Shown here: positions 1-8,546 of the stretch, in pieces | How the letters are laid out: each line of letters opens with the position of its first letter | Position numbering within the stretch: position 1 is the first letter of the stretch | Source of the DNA: Syntrophomonadaceae bacterium | GTDB taxonomy: Bacteria; Bacillota; Dethiobacteria; DTU022; PWGO01 | NCBI GenBank assembly: GCA_003554525.1 | Contig: PWGO01000036.1 | Coordinates: 8,246-40,245, forward strand | DNA: 32,000 bases | Direction: 5' to 3' | Program-made: the position numbers and the translations under genes | Notes under the pieces: generated by a model | What the model was told of the DNA's origin: nothing | Databases searched by the model: none | What the model saw: only the letters and a program-made list of their open reading frames with translations

Positions 1-398
1 TTTACACTTTCCAGCATCTTTTTTTCCCCGGTGGAAAGCCCTTTTTCTTTTTCCCGCCATTTTAAAGCTCTATAAACTTCTGCCACCTCAAAAATGTCAC
101 CGCTTTTTATTTTTTCCATATTAACCATGTATCGGCGGTTCCAGTTGCTTTGAGCAGAGCCCGCCCCGCTTTCTCCCTGAATAACCTTGTATACTTCCGG
201 AATCTGTTCCTCATTAATAACCTGGCGAAGCCCCAGCCCGTCAGCTTTATCCAGAGGTATCATTACTTTCATGTCACCTACGGATAGGCTCATAATATAA
301 TATTGCCTTTTTAAACCCAGCACTTCCTTTTCTTCAATTGCCTCTATAACGCCGGCTCCGTGCATGGGATAAACTATTTTATCTCCTATATTAAACAA
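1..398 (-). CDS. carD: CarD/CdnL-family RNA-polymerase-binding transcription regulator, 5' part (3' end runs off the window)
   Basis: Absent from the ORF track because the frame is open at the window edge. The reverse frame from TTG 398 (alternative GTG 407) is stop-free to base 1. It reads (M)FNIGDKIVYPMHGAGVIEAIEEKEVLGLKRQYYIMSL...NWNRRYMVNMEKIKSGDIFEVAEVYRALKWREKEKGLSTGEKKMLESV, which is the hallmark CarD N-terminal domain. AAGGTG/GAGG SD-like sequence lies just upstream. Confidence 0.8.
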   Translation of the reverse strand, partial: MFNIGDKIVYPMHGAGVIEAIEEKEVLGLKRQYYIMSLSVGDMKVMIPLDKADGLGLRQVINEEQIPEVYKVIQGESGAGSAQSNWNRRYMVNMEKIKSGDIFEVAEVYRALKWREKEKGLSTGEKKMLESV

Positions 399-456
399 TA
401 ACCTCACACCTTACAATAGTTTTGTTATATTTTTTTCTTCAGAAGCATTTATTTCA

Positions 457-485
457 ATAGTATCACAGCTGTTAACAAATGTCAA
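457..485 (-). promoter_or_regulatory. Sigma-A type promoter for carD
   Basis: On the minus strand: TTGACA (485..480), 17-nt spacer, TACTAT (462..457). It lies about 55 nt upstream of the carD start. Confidence 0.55.
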
Positions 486-747
486 AATAATTAATATAAC
501 ATAAGTATAAAATTAATTCAAGCTAATTTTTACTTTTACTTTACTTAATAAGACAATTATTTATTCTTTTTTGTAATTAATCGGGCCCGGTAAATCCTTT
601 ATTACACCGTTGTGACAGGGGACACAGGCTTTACCCTCCGGACTAAGCGTGGCTCCGGAGAAGCGCAAAGCGGGCCGGATTTTACTCCCGCGGCTAATTG
701 TCTCAGCCCGGGCAGTTACTTAATTTTAAATGTTGCCGTGCATCAAG

Positions 748-777
748 TTGACAAAGAAAGAGTTTAAAAAGTATAAT
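748..777 (+). promoter_or_regulatory. Sigma-A type promoter for the plus-strand MazG-like gene
   Basis: TTGACA (748-753), 18-nt spacer, TATAAT (772-777). This leaves a leader of about 100 nt before ATG 888. Confidence 0.6.
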
Positions 778-887
778 CATACTTAAATAAAGGTATTTAC
801 CGGGTTGTTACATAAATAACCGGGTTTCGAACTTCAACAAAGCCTGTAATTTTGTTTTATTTAACTTCAAAAAATGAGGTGAATTAA

Positions 888-1313
888 ATGAAAAACAACA
901 GTGAAACACATAAGGGACAGGATGGGAAGTTTGTAGGAGAATTTCAAGATATAGTGGAAGAACTTTTGGTACGGCACAAAAGTATCCTGGACTGCCTGAC
1001 CAAGTACCAGGAAGCTACCGCCAGGGTAAACAGGGCCATAACCAAAACGGTAACCATGTGCGGATGCGTCTCCATTAACGCTGGAGCACAAGAGTTCCCC
1101 GTAGACGAGTCAATTAAGGAATTTGGTAAACACGTCAGCACTCACCTGGAAGGCAAGCTCTGTGAAAGCTGCACAGAAATAATTGAAGAAGAAATCGGCA
1201 ATCATCTGTTTTACCTGGCAGCCCTTTGCAACCTTTTAAACATTGATCTCAGGGAAGTGCTGAATAAAGAATACAGCCGCCTTAATACCTTGGGTCATTT
1301 TTTTCTATCATGA
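888..1313 (+). CDS. MazG-like (all-alpha NTP pyrophosphohydrolase fold) family protein with a Cys-rich insert; function unknown
   Basis: 141-aa ORF with a GAGGTG SD 7 nt before the ATG. The C-terminal IIEEEIGNHLFYLAALCNLLNIDLREVLNKEY matches the EExGD-LFxL-xLaN-LgIDLeea helix pair of MazG/YpjD-type proteins. The N-terminal half is not recognisable and carries C58-x-C60 and C92-x2-C95. It is the only accepted plus-strand gene in the window. Confidence 0.5.
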   Translation: MKNNSETHKGQDGKFVGEFQDIVEELLVRHKSILDCLTKYQEATARVNRAITKTVTMCGCVSINAGAQEFPVDESIKEFGKHVSTHLEGKLCESCTEIIEEEIGNHLFYLAALCNLLNIDLREVLNKEYSRLNTLGHFFLS

Positions 1314-1350
1314 GCTAATATTTTCCCAAAAGTTTGCCCTGTTTTATTTT

Positions 1351-2709
1351 TTAAATTATTTCCAGGGCCTCCTCTATCATGTTAACTCCTATAACCTCTA
1401 TGGAGGGGCTTGTACTTTTTAAGATTTCTTCCTTGTTTTTCTGGGGAAGTATACAACATTCCATTCCAAGTTTTTCTGCTTCTTTAACGCGGGTTGTAGC
1501 CCGGCTTACCGGCCTTATTTCCCCGGTAAGACTTATTTCTCCAAACACTGCTTGATTTTTTCGAACAGGTTTCTGTCTTACGCTGGATACAAGGCTTAAA
1601 GCCACGGCCAGATCTACAGCTGTTTCAAACAATCTTACTCCTCCCACCACGCTAATAAACGCGTCCAGGCCGTAAAAAGAAAATCCTGCATGTTTTTCCA
1701 GCACTGCCATGATTAAGGCCGCCCTGTTTGTATCAATACCGGTAGTGGTGCGGCGGGGAGTGGAATAACTGGAATAGTTAACCAGGCTCTGTATTTCCAC
1801 CAAAAGAGGTCGTGAGCCTTCCATACTTACCGTTATTGCGGAACCGCTGGTTTCTTTTTCGTTGGGAGACAAAAAGAGGTAAGAGGGGTTTTCCACTTCT
1901 ACCAGGCCCCTTTCCTCCATAATAAATACCCCCAGTTCATTGGTGGAACCAAAACGGTTTTTTATACCTCGCAACAGGCGGAATGTATGGTAACGGTCAC
2001 CTTCTAAATAAAATACACCGTCGACCATGTGTTCCAGCAGGCGAGGCCCTGCTATGGAACCTTCCTTGGTAACATGTCCTACCAAAAACAATACCATACC
2101 TTTCTGCCTGGCCAGGTTAATAAGGCCATTTGCCACCTCCTTAACCTGTGATACACTTCCCGGCAAAGCATCAACTTCTTCATGCTGTACAGCTTGTATG
2201 GAATCGACTATTAATACCCTGGGGCGGTGTTTTTCTACCAGCTCGAAAACAGCCCGGTATTCAATAGAGGAAGCTACCAGCAAATCCTGTTCTATTCCCA
2301 TCCTACGTGCCCTCATTTTAATCTGGCCCAGGGACTCTTCTCCACTTATGTAAATAACGGGATGCCGGGTAGCCATACAGCTGGAAGCCTGAAGCAAAAG
2401 CGTAGATTTTCCCACTCCAGGGTCTCCACCAATAAGCAGCGAAGAACTTTCCACTGCCCCCGAACCCAGAACCCGGTCAAATTCTTTTAACCCCGTACTG
2501 ATACGTGAGGCCTCTTTTTCGGTTATGTCCTCCAGCCTGGAAGCTTTAATTTCCCTGTTCCCCTGGTTCAAACTTAAAGATCTCGTGATTATTTCTTCCT
2601 TTTCTTCCATGGTGTTCCACCCGCTGCAGCCAGGGCATTTTCCTAACCATTTTTGAGTTTCATAACCGCATTCGGTGCAAAAGTACAAGGCGGTTTTGCG
2701 GTGTTTCAC
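1351..2709 (-). CDS. radA: DNA repair protein RadA/Sms
   Basis: 452 aa. It has an N-terminal C4 zinc ribbon (CTECGYETQKWLGKCPGCSGWNT), a Walker A motif (GGDPGVGKST), a KNRFG motif and a Lon-protease-like C-terminal domain. The start is GTG with an AGGAGG SD. Confidence 0.95.
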   Translation of the reverse strand: MKHRKTALYFCTECGYETQKWLGKCPGCSGWNTMEEKEEIITRSLSLNQGNREIKASRLEDITEKEASRISTGLKEFDRVLGSGAVESSSLLIGGDPGVGKSTLLLQASSCMATRHPVIYISGEESLGQIKMRARRMGIEQDLLVASSIEYRAVFELVEKHRPRVLIVDSIQAVQHEEVDALPGSVSQVKEVANGLINLARQKGMVLFLVGHVTKEGSIAGPRLLEHMVDGVFYLEGDRYHTFRLLRGIKNRFGSTNELGVFIMEERGLVEVENPSYLFLSPNEKETSGSAITVSMEGSRPLLVEIQSLVNYSSYSTPRRTTTGIDTNRAALIMAVLEKHAGFSFYGLDAFISVVGGVRLFETAVDLAVALSLVSSVRQKPVRKNQAVFGEISLTGEIRPVSRATTRVKEAEKLGMECCILPQKNKEEILKSTSPSIEVIGVNMIEEALEII

Positions 2710-2728
2710 CTGATCAGTACCTCCTGTT

Positions 2729-3574
2729 CTAAAGCTCTTGCCTGCTGGCTTGCTTTAAAGCCTGCAGGTTCTGACGGTCTTTTTCCGTTCCTATTTCCGG
2801 CGTTTCCAGGATAAAAGGAAAATCCGGCGGCCATTCCTGCTGCATTAAAGAAGCAAACCCTTCTTTTCCTATCCAGCCTTCCCCGATGTGCTGGTGCCGG
2901 TCTTTCCCGGAACCCTTTTCTACATTAGTGTCGTTAACATGTACCGCTTTAAGCAAGGAGGGATCCAGTTGCCGGTACAAAAGTTCCAGTGTTTCAGCAA
3001 CTCCCCGGGGCCCGGACAAGTCATATCCTGCACCCCAGGCATGGGCCGTATCCAGGCATACTCCAAGCGGTGCCCCGGGAAAATAGCGAATTATTTCACC
3101 CAGGTCGCGGAAATCACCACCCAGCAGGCTACCTCCTCCACTGGTATTTTCCAAAAGAAGGGTAACCCCTTCCGGCCACTGCGGCATCTGCTCTTCCAGT
3201 GATTTAATTACATTATTAATACCGGTGTCTCTTCCCGCTGCGCTGTGGCTCCCCACGTGAACTACAACATAAGGAGCACCATAAGCATGGGCCCGATGCA
3301 TGGTCTGTATAATCATATCCCGTGATTTTTTAAAGATATCCGGCCTGGGAGAAGCCATGTTTACCAGGTAAACAGAATGGATAACCAGGGGATAAATCTT
3401 TAGTTCCAGCAAATAACGGGATCGTTTATCAATTTCTTGTTCATCAAAGTGGGGAAGTTTCCAGGAGGTGGGGTTGCCGGGAAAAACCTGAATACACTCG
3501 GCTCCCATTTCCCTTGTCCTACCTGCATTGGGGATAAATCCGCCTTTCAGGGGCATATGCACTCCTATGCGCAA
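2729..3574 (-). CDS. nfo: Deoxyribonuclease IV (endonuclease IV, AP endonuclease family 2)
   Basis: 281 aa. The N-terminus MRIGVHMPLKGG is typical of Nfo, with conserved H/D/E metal ligand blocks (VVHVGSH, LLENTSG, GVCLDTAHAW, HVNDT). The start is TTG at 3574. It lies 19 nt upstream of radA. Confidence 0.88.
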   Translation of the reverse strand: MRIGVHMPLKGGFIPNAGRTREMGAECIQVFPGNPTSWKLPHFDEQEIDKRSRYLLELKIYPLVIHSVYLVNMASPRPDIFKKSRDMIIQTMHRAHAYGAPYVVVHVGSHSAAGRDTGINNVIKSLEEQMPQWPEGVTLLLENTSGGGSLLGGDFRDLGEIIRYFPGAPLGVCLDTAHAWGAGYDLSGPRGVAETLELLYRQLDPSLLKAVHVNDTNVEKGSGKDRHQHIGEGWIGKEGFASLMQQEWPPDFPFILETPEIGTEKDRQNLQALKQASRQEL

Positions 3575-3676
3575 TTTTAAATAGATACCTCCTTTTCACT
3601 ATCGCCTTCGCCGACACAAAGTTGGAGATCAGGAGTTAGATATGTAGTACTTTGAAGGTGGGGGGACTTTTTTTCT

Positions 3677-3711
3677 CACCTCTAACTTCCCACCTCTGAC
3701 CTCTCACCTCT
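3677..3711 (-). repeat. Heptad tandem repeat of SD-like units in the pyrD-nfo spacer
   Basis: The plus strand reads cacctct aacttcc cacctct gacctct cacctct. The minus-strand RNA reads AGAGGTG AGAGGTC AGAGGTG GGAAGTT AGAGGTG. That is five 7-nt registers, four of them near-identical. Confidence 0.8.
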
Positions 3712-3744
3712 CAATAGCTGGCCCCGTTAAACATGCTTTAACTC

Positions 3745-4665
3745 TTATTGGCGTGCTGCTCCCACCATCTCCCCGATATTTTCATAACCTTTTTGTTTCA
3801 TATAGGAGTTTATCCCTTCTACAATTTCTGCGGGGATGCGGGGATTGACAAAAATAGCGCTTCCTACGGCTACAGCATTGGCTCCGGCCAGAATAAACTC
3901 AATGGCGTCTTCTGGAGTAAATATTCCCCCCATCCCCACTACCGGGACATTTACTGAAGCAGTAACCTCCCATACTGCTCTTAAAGCCACCGGTTTTATG
4001 GCCGGCCCGGAAAGACCTCCTGTACCGGCCGGCAGAACCGGTTTTTGAGCGTGTATATCTATAACCATGGCTCTTAGAGTATTGATCAGGGAAAGGGCAT
4101 CGGCTCCTGCTTTTTCCACTGCCCCGGCTATTTCCGGAAGGTTGCCCACGTTGGGTGTTAATTTTACCAACAGGGTACGAGAAAAATTTTCCCTTACTTT
4201 TGCCACCAGTTTTCCGGCCGATACTGCATCAGAGCCAAAAGCAATACCCCCTTTTTTTACATTGGGGCAGGAGATATTCAATTCTACCGCTTCTACTTCA
4301 GCCCGCTCTTCCAACCTGCGGGCCAGGTAAATATATTCCTCTTCGCTTTCCCCCGCCAGGTTTACCACTACCGGCACTCCTTTTTCACCTAGCCGGGGAA
4401 GCTCTCTTTCGATTACCGTTTCTATCCCCGGGTTATGAAGGCCTACTGAATTAATCAGACCGGAAGGGGTTTCCACCAGGCGAGGGGGAGGATTTCCTTC
4501 ACGGGGGGCACAGGTAGTTCCTTTAACCACTACTGCGCCCCAGGCTTCGAGAGGAACAATGTCCTGGTATTCTTCTCCGTATCCGTAGCAACCGGAAGCA
4601 GTCATTACAGGGTTTTTCATCTGGAGGTCACCTATTTTAACGCTTATAACCGGGTCAGGCATCAA
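3745..4665 (-). CDS. pyrD: Dihydroorotate dehydrogenase B (class 1B), catalytic subunit
   Basis: 306 aa. Motifs include KNPVMTASGCYGYG, ELNISCPNVK and GGLSGPAIKP. It overlaps the pyrK stop. ATG 4662 is an equally plausible start. Confidence 0.93.
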   Translation of the reverse strand: MMPDPVISVKIGDLQMKNPVMTASGCYGYGEEYQDIVPLEAWGAVVVKGTTCAPREGNPPPRLVETPSGLINSVGLHNPGIETVIERELPRLGEKGVPVVVNLAGESEEEYIYLARRLEERAEVEAVELNISCPNVKKGGIAFGSDAVSAGKLVAKVRENFSRTLLVKLTPNVGNLPEIAGAVEKAGADALSLINTLRAMVIDIHAQKPVLPAGTGGLSGPAIKPVALRAVWEVTASVNVPVVGMGGIFTPEDAIEFILAGANAVAVGSAIFVNPRIPAEIVEGINSYMKQKGYENIGEMVGAARQ

Positions 4666-5443
4666 ATATTACTTCCTTTCCGTTAAATACCGGTCCTTCT
4701 TTACAAACCCGGAGGTAACGGGTGCCTTCCCTGGCATTAACCGGGTGCACACAACCCAGACACGCCCCCACCCCACAAGCAAAAACAGCTTCCAGGGAAA
4801 CCTCCACAGGTATCCGGTGATTCGACGCTGTTTTTACCACTTCAGAAAGCATGGCAGTCGGGCCGCACGAGTAAATCATGTCCGCAGTTTCTTCCCGGGG
4901 ATTCTTTAAAAGATGTTCCTTTAACATGGCTACTACCGTTCCCCTGTATCCCCTGGAACCATCTTCTGTAGACCACAGGATTTGCACCTCCGGGTGGGGT
5001 TTATAGTTTTCTGCCGGGAGATCGAGAGAAGTCGCCCCTCCTGCCAGCATCCTGGTTTCTACACCTGCCTCCCGCAGACGCCGCCCCAGGTAATACAGGG
5101 GCGCTATACCTATTCCGCCGCCCACCAGTAGTGCCCTGGCAACCCCGTTTAAGGTAAAACCGTTTCCCAGCGGCCCCATAACATCAATAGCAGTGCCGGG
5201 TTTCAATTCTTTTAATATACCGGTGGCCTTGCCCCTTTCCTGGAAAAGCAGGGAAAGCAGTCTGTTTCCGGTGTCGTAAGAATGAACGCTGAAAGGACGC
5301 CTTAAAAAAGGATCTGTGGCAGGAAGAACACGGAGGTGAACAAACTGGCCCGGTATTACCGGGCCCAGCTCCACACCCTCTATTTCCAGCAGGTAACAAT
5401 CCCTGGCTGTTGGGTCAATACTTTTCAATCTGGCCTCAGGCAA
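4655..5443 (-). CDS. pyrK: Dihydroorotate dehydrogenase B electron-transfer subunit (FAD / 2Fe-2S)
   Basis: The C-terminal CGVGACLGC...C motif is the 2Fe-2S site, preceded by an FNR-like fold (RRPFSV, GGGIGIAP). The longest ORF starts at ATG 5545, inside pyrC. TTG 5443 is preceded by GGAGGGAAGGA, lies about 20 nt after the pyrC stop, and gives a typical 262-aa protein. Confidence 0.85.
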   Translation of the reverse strand: MPEARLKSIDPTARDCYLLEIEGVELGPVIPGQFVHLRVLPATDPFLRRPFSVHSYDTGNRLLSLLFQERGKATGILKELKPGTAIDVMGPLGNGFTLNGVARALLVGGGIGIAPLYYLGRRLREAGVETRMLAGGATSLDLPAENYKPHPEVQILWSTEDGSRGYRGTVVAMLKEHLLKNPREETADMIYSCGPTAMLSEVVKTASNHRIPVEVSLEAVFACGVGACLGCVHPVNAREGTRYLRVCKEGPVFNGKEVIFDA

Positions 5444-5463
5444 AATTTTGTCCTTCCCTCCTA

Positions 5464-6765
5464 TTAGCCTTCCAGCAGGTCGCCTTCTTTCATCTTGATT
5501 TGACCTTCCACTACTGTCATTACCGGCTTGCCAGCAGTTTTCCAACCTTCAAAGGGAGTGTTTTTGCCCCGCGAATAAAAATTCCTGCTTTCTACCCGGC
5601 CGGGGGCTTCCAGGTCCAAAACCACCAGGTCAGCGGGGGAGCCTTCTTTTATTGTGCCTCCATCAATACCCAGTATTTCCGCTGGCCTGCAAGAGTAACA
5701 GCTCACCAGGTGCTCTAAAGATATTACCCCAGGCTTAACCAGTTCTGTCAGCAGTAGAGGCACTGCAGTCTCCAGCCCGGTTATTCCAAAAGCTGCGCTG
5801 GTAAAGTCACCTGATTTATCTTCTTCACGGTGTGGTGCATGATCTGTGGCTACGGCGTCAATAACCCCGGATTTCAACCCCTGGAGAAGAGCCCGCCTGT
5901 CCGCTTCTGTACGTAAAGGAGGCCTCATTTTAGCCTGGGGGTTAAAGCCCTCCAGCCAAGAATGGTCAAGAAGCAGGTGGTGAGGGGTAGTTTCCGCAGT
6001 AACTTTTATTCCCTGTTCTTTGGCCCACTTGATCCACTCTACCGAGCGTGCCAGGCTTACATGGGCCAGGTGAAGTCTGGCGCCCGTATCCCGGGCAAGC
6101 AAAATATCCCTGGCCACGGCAAGTTCTTCCGCCACGGGGGGTAAACCCTGCAGCCCCAGGATACTTGACCAGTAGCCTTCGTGTGCTTCCCCATCCCGGG
6201 ATAGGGTTTCTTCCTCGCAGTGCGAGATTATTAATGCGTCGAATTTCCTTATATAACTCATGGCATGGTACATAACGCTGCTGCTGGCTACCATCTTGCC
6301 ATCGTCACTGAAAGCTTTAACCCCTTCTTCAAGCAAGGTTCCATAGCTGGTAAGCTCATCTCCGCCGCGCTGAAGGGTGATAGTGCCCAAGGGGTATATG
6401 CGGGCCATGTTGGCCTTATCAGCTCTTTCCTGTACATATTTTACCGTCTGCGGATTGTCTATAGGAGGCTGCGTATTGGGCATACAGCAGAGGGAAGTTA
6501 TACCCCCGGCCACCGCCGCCCGGGAGCCAGAAAATATGGTTTCTTTATTTTCTTCCCCTGGTTCCCGCAGGTGAACATGCATATCCACGAAACCGGGAAC
6601 AATAAACCTGCCTTCCAAATCTATAACTTCATCATACCCTCCGTCCTGCAGGTGAGAGCCCAGCTTTTTAATTTTACCGCCTTCCACCAGGATATCCCTT
6701 TTTGCTTTTAGGCTCTGCCGCGGATCAAGGACCACAGCGTTTTTAAAAAGCAATGTTTTGCTCAT
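5464..6765 (-). CDS. pyrC: Dihydroorotase
   Basis: 433 aa. It has the amidohydrolase signature DMHVHLREPG and the DHAPH motif. It overlaps the pyrB stop by 4 nt. Confidence 0.93.
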   Translation of the reverse strand: MSKTLLFKNAVVLDPRQSLKAKRDILVEGGKIKKLGSHLQDGGYDEVIDLEGRFIVPGFVDMHVHLREPGEENKETIFSGSRAAVAGGITSLCCMPNTQPPIDNPQTVKYVQERADKANMARIYPLGTITLQRGGDELTSYGTLLEEGVKAFSDDGKMVASSSVMYHAMSYIRKFDALIISHCEEETLSRDGEAHEGYWSSILGLQGLPPVAEELAVARDILLARDTGARLHLAHVSLARSVEWIKWAKEQGIKVTAETTPHHLLLDHSWLEGFNPQAKMRPPLRTEADRRALLQGLKSGVIDAVATDHAPHREEDKSGDFTSAAFGITGLETAVPLLLTELVKPGVISLEHLVSCYSCRPAEILGIDGGTIKEGSPADLVVLDLEAPGRVESRNFYSRGKNTPFEGWKTAGKPVMTVVEGQIKMKEGDLLEG

Positions 6766-7697
6766 CGTGGCTTCTCTCCCATTAAGTAATCCAGGACCGC
6801 CGCCCTTACTACAACTCCGCTTTCTACCTGCTCATTAATCCCCAGCCGTATATCATTATGATCTTCCAGCTGTTTTAACGCTTCAGCAGTTATTTCCACT
6901 CCTATATTCATGGGACCGGGATGCATGACTAAAGCGCCTGGCTTTAAATACTTCAGTCTTTCTTCGTTTAACCCGTAAAGCCTGGTATATTCTTTTAAAG
7001 AAGGTATAAGACCTTTTTTCTGCCTTTCTTTCTGCAGGCGAAGCATGTAAACCACGTCAGCGTCGTTCATGTAGGGATGTATATCCCAACTGATTTCCAC
7101 CCCTTCCCTGGCAAACTCTTTTGGCAGCAGGGTAGGGGGCCCCGCCAAAGTAACCCTGGCTCCCATGGCTTTCAAGCCAGTCACACTTGACCTTACCACC
7201 CGGCTGTGTTTGATGTCTCCTATCATGAGCACTTTAAGGCCTTCCAGCGAGCTGTGGTATTTTTTTATAGTATAAAGATCCAGCAGTGCCTGAGTGGGAT
7301 GCTCGTGTGAGCCGTCTCCCGCGTTGATTAAAGATATACCCGAAATTTTAGTGCTAAGCCACTGCAAAATCCCCGAAGCCCTGTGCCTGACAATCATGGC
7401 ATTTATGCCCATTGACTTTAACGTATTAACACTGTCCAAAAGGCTTTCTCCCTTGACCACACTGCTGGATTCAGTGGAAAAATTGTAAAACTCCCCGGAA
7501 AGCCACCTGGTGGCCACTTCAAAAGAAAACCTGGTTCTGGTGCTGGGTTCAAAAAAAAGAGCAGCTATACTGAGTCCCTTAAGGCTGGTTAGTTTCTGGT
7601 TGCGGTAACCGTCAAAATAAGAGGCCCTGTCCAGGATGCTTTCTATCTCTTCTCTGCTGCAATCACGCAAACCCAGCAAGTGGCTTCCCAACGCCAT
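6762..7697 (-). CDS. pyrB: Aspartate carbamoyltransferase catalytic subunit
   Basis: 311 aa. Motifs include FFEPSTRTRFSFE, HPTQALLD and HPGPMN. The AGGGGGG SD abuts ATG 7697, so TTG 7691 may be the true start. Confidence 0.93.
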   Translation of the reverse strand: MALGSHLLGLRDCSREEIESILDRASYFDGYRNQKLTSLKGLSIAALFFEPSTRTRFSFEVATRWLSGEFYNFSTESSSVVKGESLLDSVNTLKSMGINAMIVRHRASGILQWLSTKISGISLINAGDGSHEHPTQALLDLYTIKKYHSSLEGLKVLMIGDIKHSRVVRSSVTGLKAMGARVTLAGPPTLLPKEFAREGVEISWDIHPYMNDADVVYMLRLQKERQKKGLIPSLKEYTRLYGLNEERLKYLKPGALVMHPGPMNIGVEITAEALKQLEDHNDIRLGINEQVESGVVVRAAVLDYLMGEKPR

Positions 7698-7707
7698 ACC
7701 CCCCTAT

Positions 7708-7911
7708 TTATTTTCCCTTCCTTTGGCTTCCTTTGGCTTCCTGTTCCTGTTTAAAGCTTTGTTTTAAACCATGGTACATGGCAATAAATATCATGCCGCT
7801 GCCCATTTCCTTGTATTTATACATAATCCTGTCCAGGCCCCGCGCATCTTTTTCTTCCAGCATTTTGATTATTTCATTAATCTCTTCCCGGTAATCGCTC
7901 AATATAACCAC
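7708..7911 (-). CDS. Small hypothetical protein (64-67 aa), no recognisable family
   Basis: The ORF fits exactly between the DUF3786-like gene (7-nt gap) and pyrB (10-nt gap). It is predicted helical and charged. A 10-nt tandem duplication (ctttggcttc x2, 7721-7740) lies in its 3' end. It is supported only by the tight fit and an SD-like AAGGGGTG. Confidence 0.45.
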   Translation of the reverse strand: MVILSDYREEINEIIKMLEEKDARGLDRIMYKYKEMGSGMIFIAMYHGLKQSFKQEQEAKGSQRKGK

Positions 7912-7918
7912 ACCCCTT

Positions 7919-8518
7919 TTAAGGCAACAGCCAGATCCTGCGCACCGCTTCTATGGCCATGACGTAAAGGGTTGCTGTAGGCAGATGGTTCGGGGCAACG
8001 CTGTCAAATAAAATATTCGCCCTTGGCGCAAACTCTTCGTCACCGGCCCAAAGCATAACCAGCAGGTCAACCAGCGGAAATACTTTGATGCGGTAGGAAA
8101 CATCTCCAAAATCCTCTTTTTTCCCCCATTTTTCACCCGTGCGGCGGAACGGGGCAATGTCGTTTCCGTACTTTTTCACCAGGGGGATAATGATTTCTTT
8201 TTGGAACGGTAGATAATGATGTTGACCCGCTGGCAAATCTTGAAAGGACAACCATTCACCCCGGGGCGGCAGGCTTCTGGCCCAGCACAAATATTGCAAA
8301 AACACTATTTTTTCCTCCAGGGAAACCTCAAAGGCTCCCTGCTTAATATGGCCTTCCGGATAAGAAATATTAAAACGGCAGCCGCAATAATAAAGAACAA
8401 ATTCTCCCCTGGCGGGACGGTACTCCACTCCACTTTTTTCACTAATTTCCCGGGGGGCCCTGTTCCTGTATTCTTCCTTAATTTTTTCCCAGGTATCCAA
8501 AAATGTCACTTGCCTCAC
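7919..8518 (-). CDS. DUF3786-like uncharacterised protein
   Basis: 199 aa. The central LSFQDLPAGQHHYLPFQKEI block and overall size resemble, from memory, the DUF3786 family often seen near corrinoid and acetyl-CoA pathway genes. This was not verified by search. Confidence 0.55.
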   Translation of the reverse strand: MRQVTFLDTWEKIKEEYRNRAPREISEKSGVEYRPARGEFVLYYCGCRFNISYPEGHIKQGAFEVSLEEKIVFLQYLCWARSLPPRGEWLSFQDLPAGQHHYLPFQKEIIIPLVKKYGNDIAPFRRTGEKWGKKEDFGDVSYRIKVFPLVDLLVMLWAGDEEFAPRANILFDSVAPNHLPTATLYVMAIEAVRRIWLLP

Positions 8519-8546
8519 CAGAACTTTTCAGAATATATGCCGTATA

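Noticed and set aside
798-835. tRNA-like T-arm string GGGTTTCGAAC
   Set aside because: No acceptor, D or anticodon stems can be drawn around it. It sits in the predicted leader of the MazG-like gene and is part of a direct repeat (ACCGGGTT x2).
867-1141. Minus-strand ORFs of 74 and 65 aa antisense to the MazG-like gene
   Set aside because: They overlap the better-supported plus-strand gene, which has its own promoter, SD and family motif. They have no SD or motifs of their own.
3677-3711. Possible PyrR-binding loop (consensus ...UCCAGAGAGG...) because of GGUCAGAGGUGG next to pyr genes
   Set aside because: The sequence lacks the UCCAGAGAGG core, lies downstream of the last pyr gene rather than in a leader, and no pyrR is present.
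5444-5545. N-terminal 34-aa extension of pyrK (ATG 5545) overlapping pyrC by 82 nt
   Set aside because: The extension is a low-complexity sequence (MENCWQAGNDSSGRSNQDERRRPAG...) inside pyrC with no SD. TTG 5443, with a GGAGGGAAGGA SD just after the pyrC stop, gives a normal-length PyrK.
7721-7740. 10-nt tandem duplication (ctttggcttc x2) at the 3' end of the 67-aa ORF as a frameshifting mutation
   Set aside because: Removing one copy changes only the last few residues and moves the stop by a few codons. There is no evidence of a longer ancestral frame, so it has little consequence.
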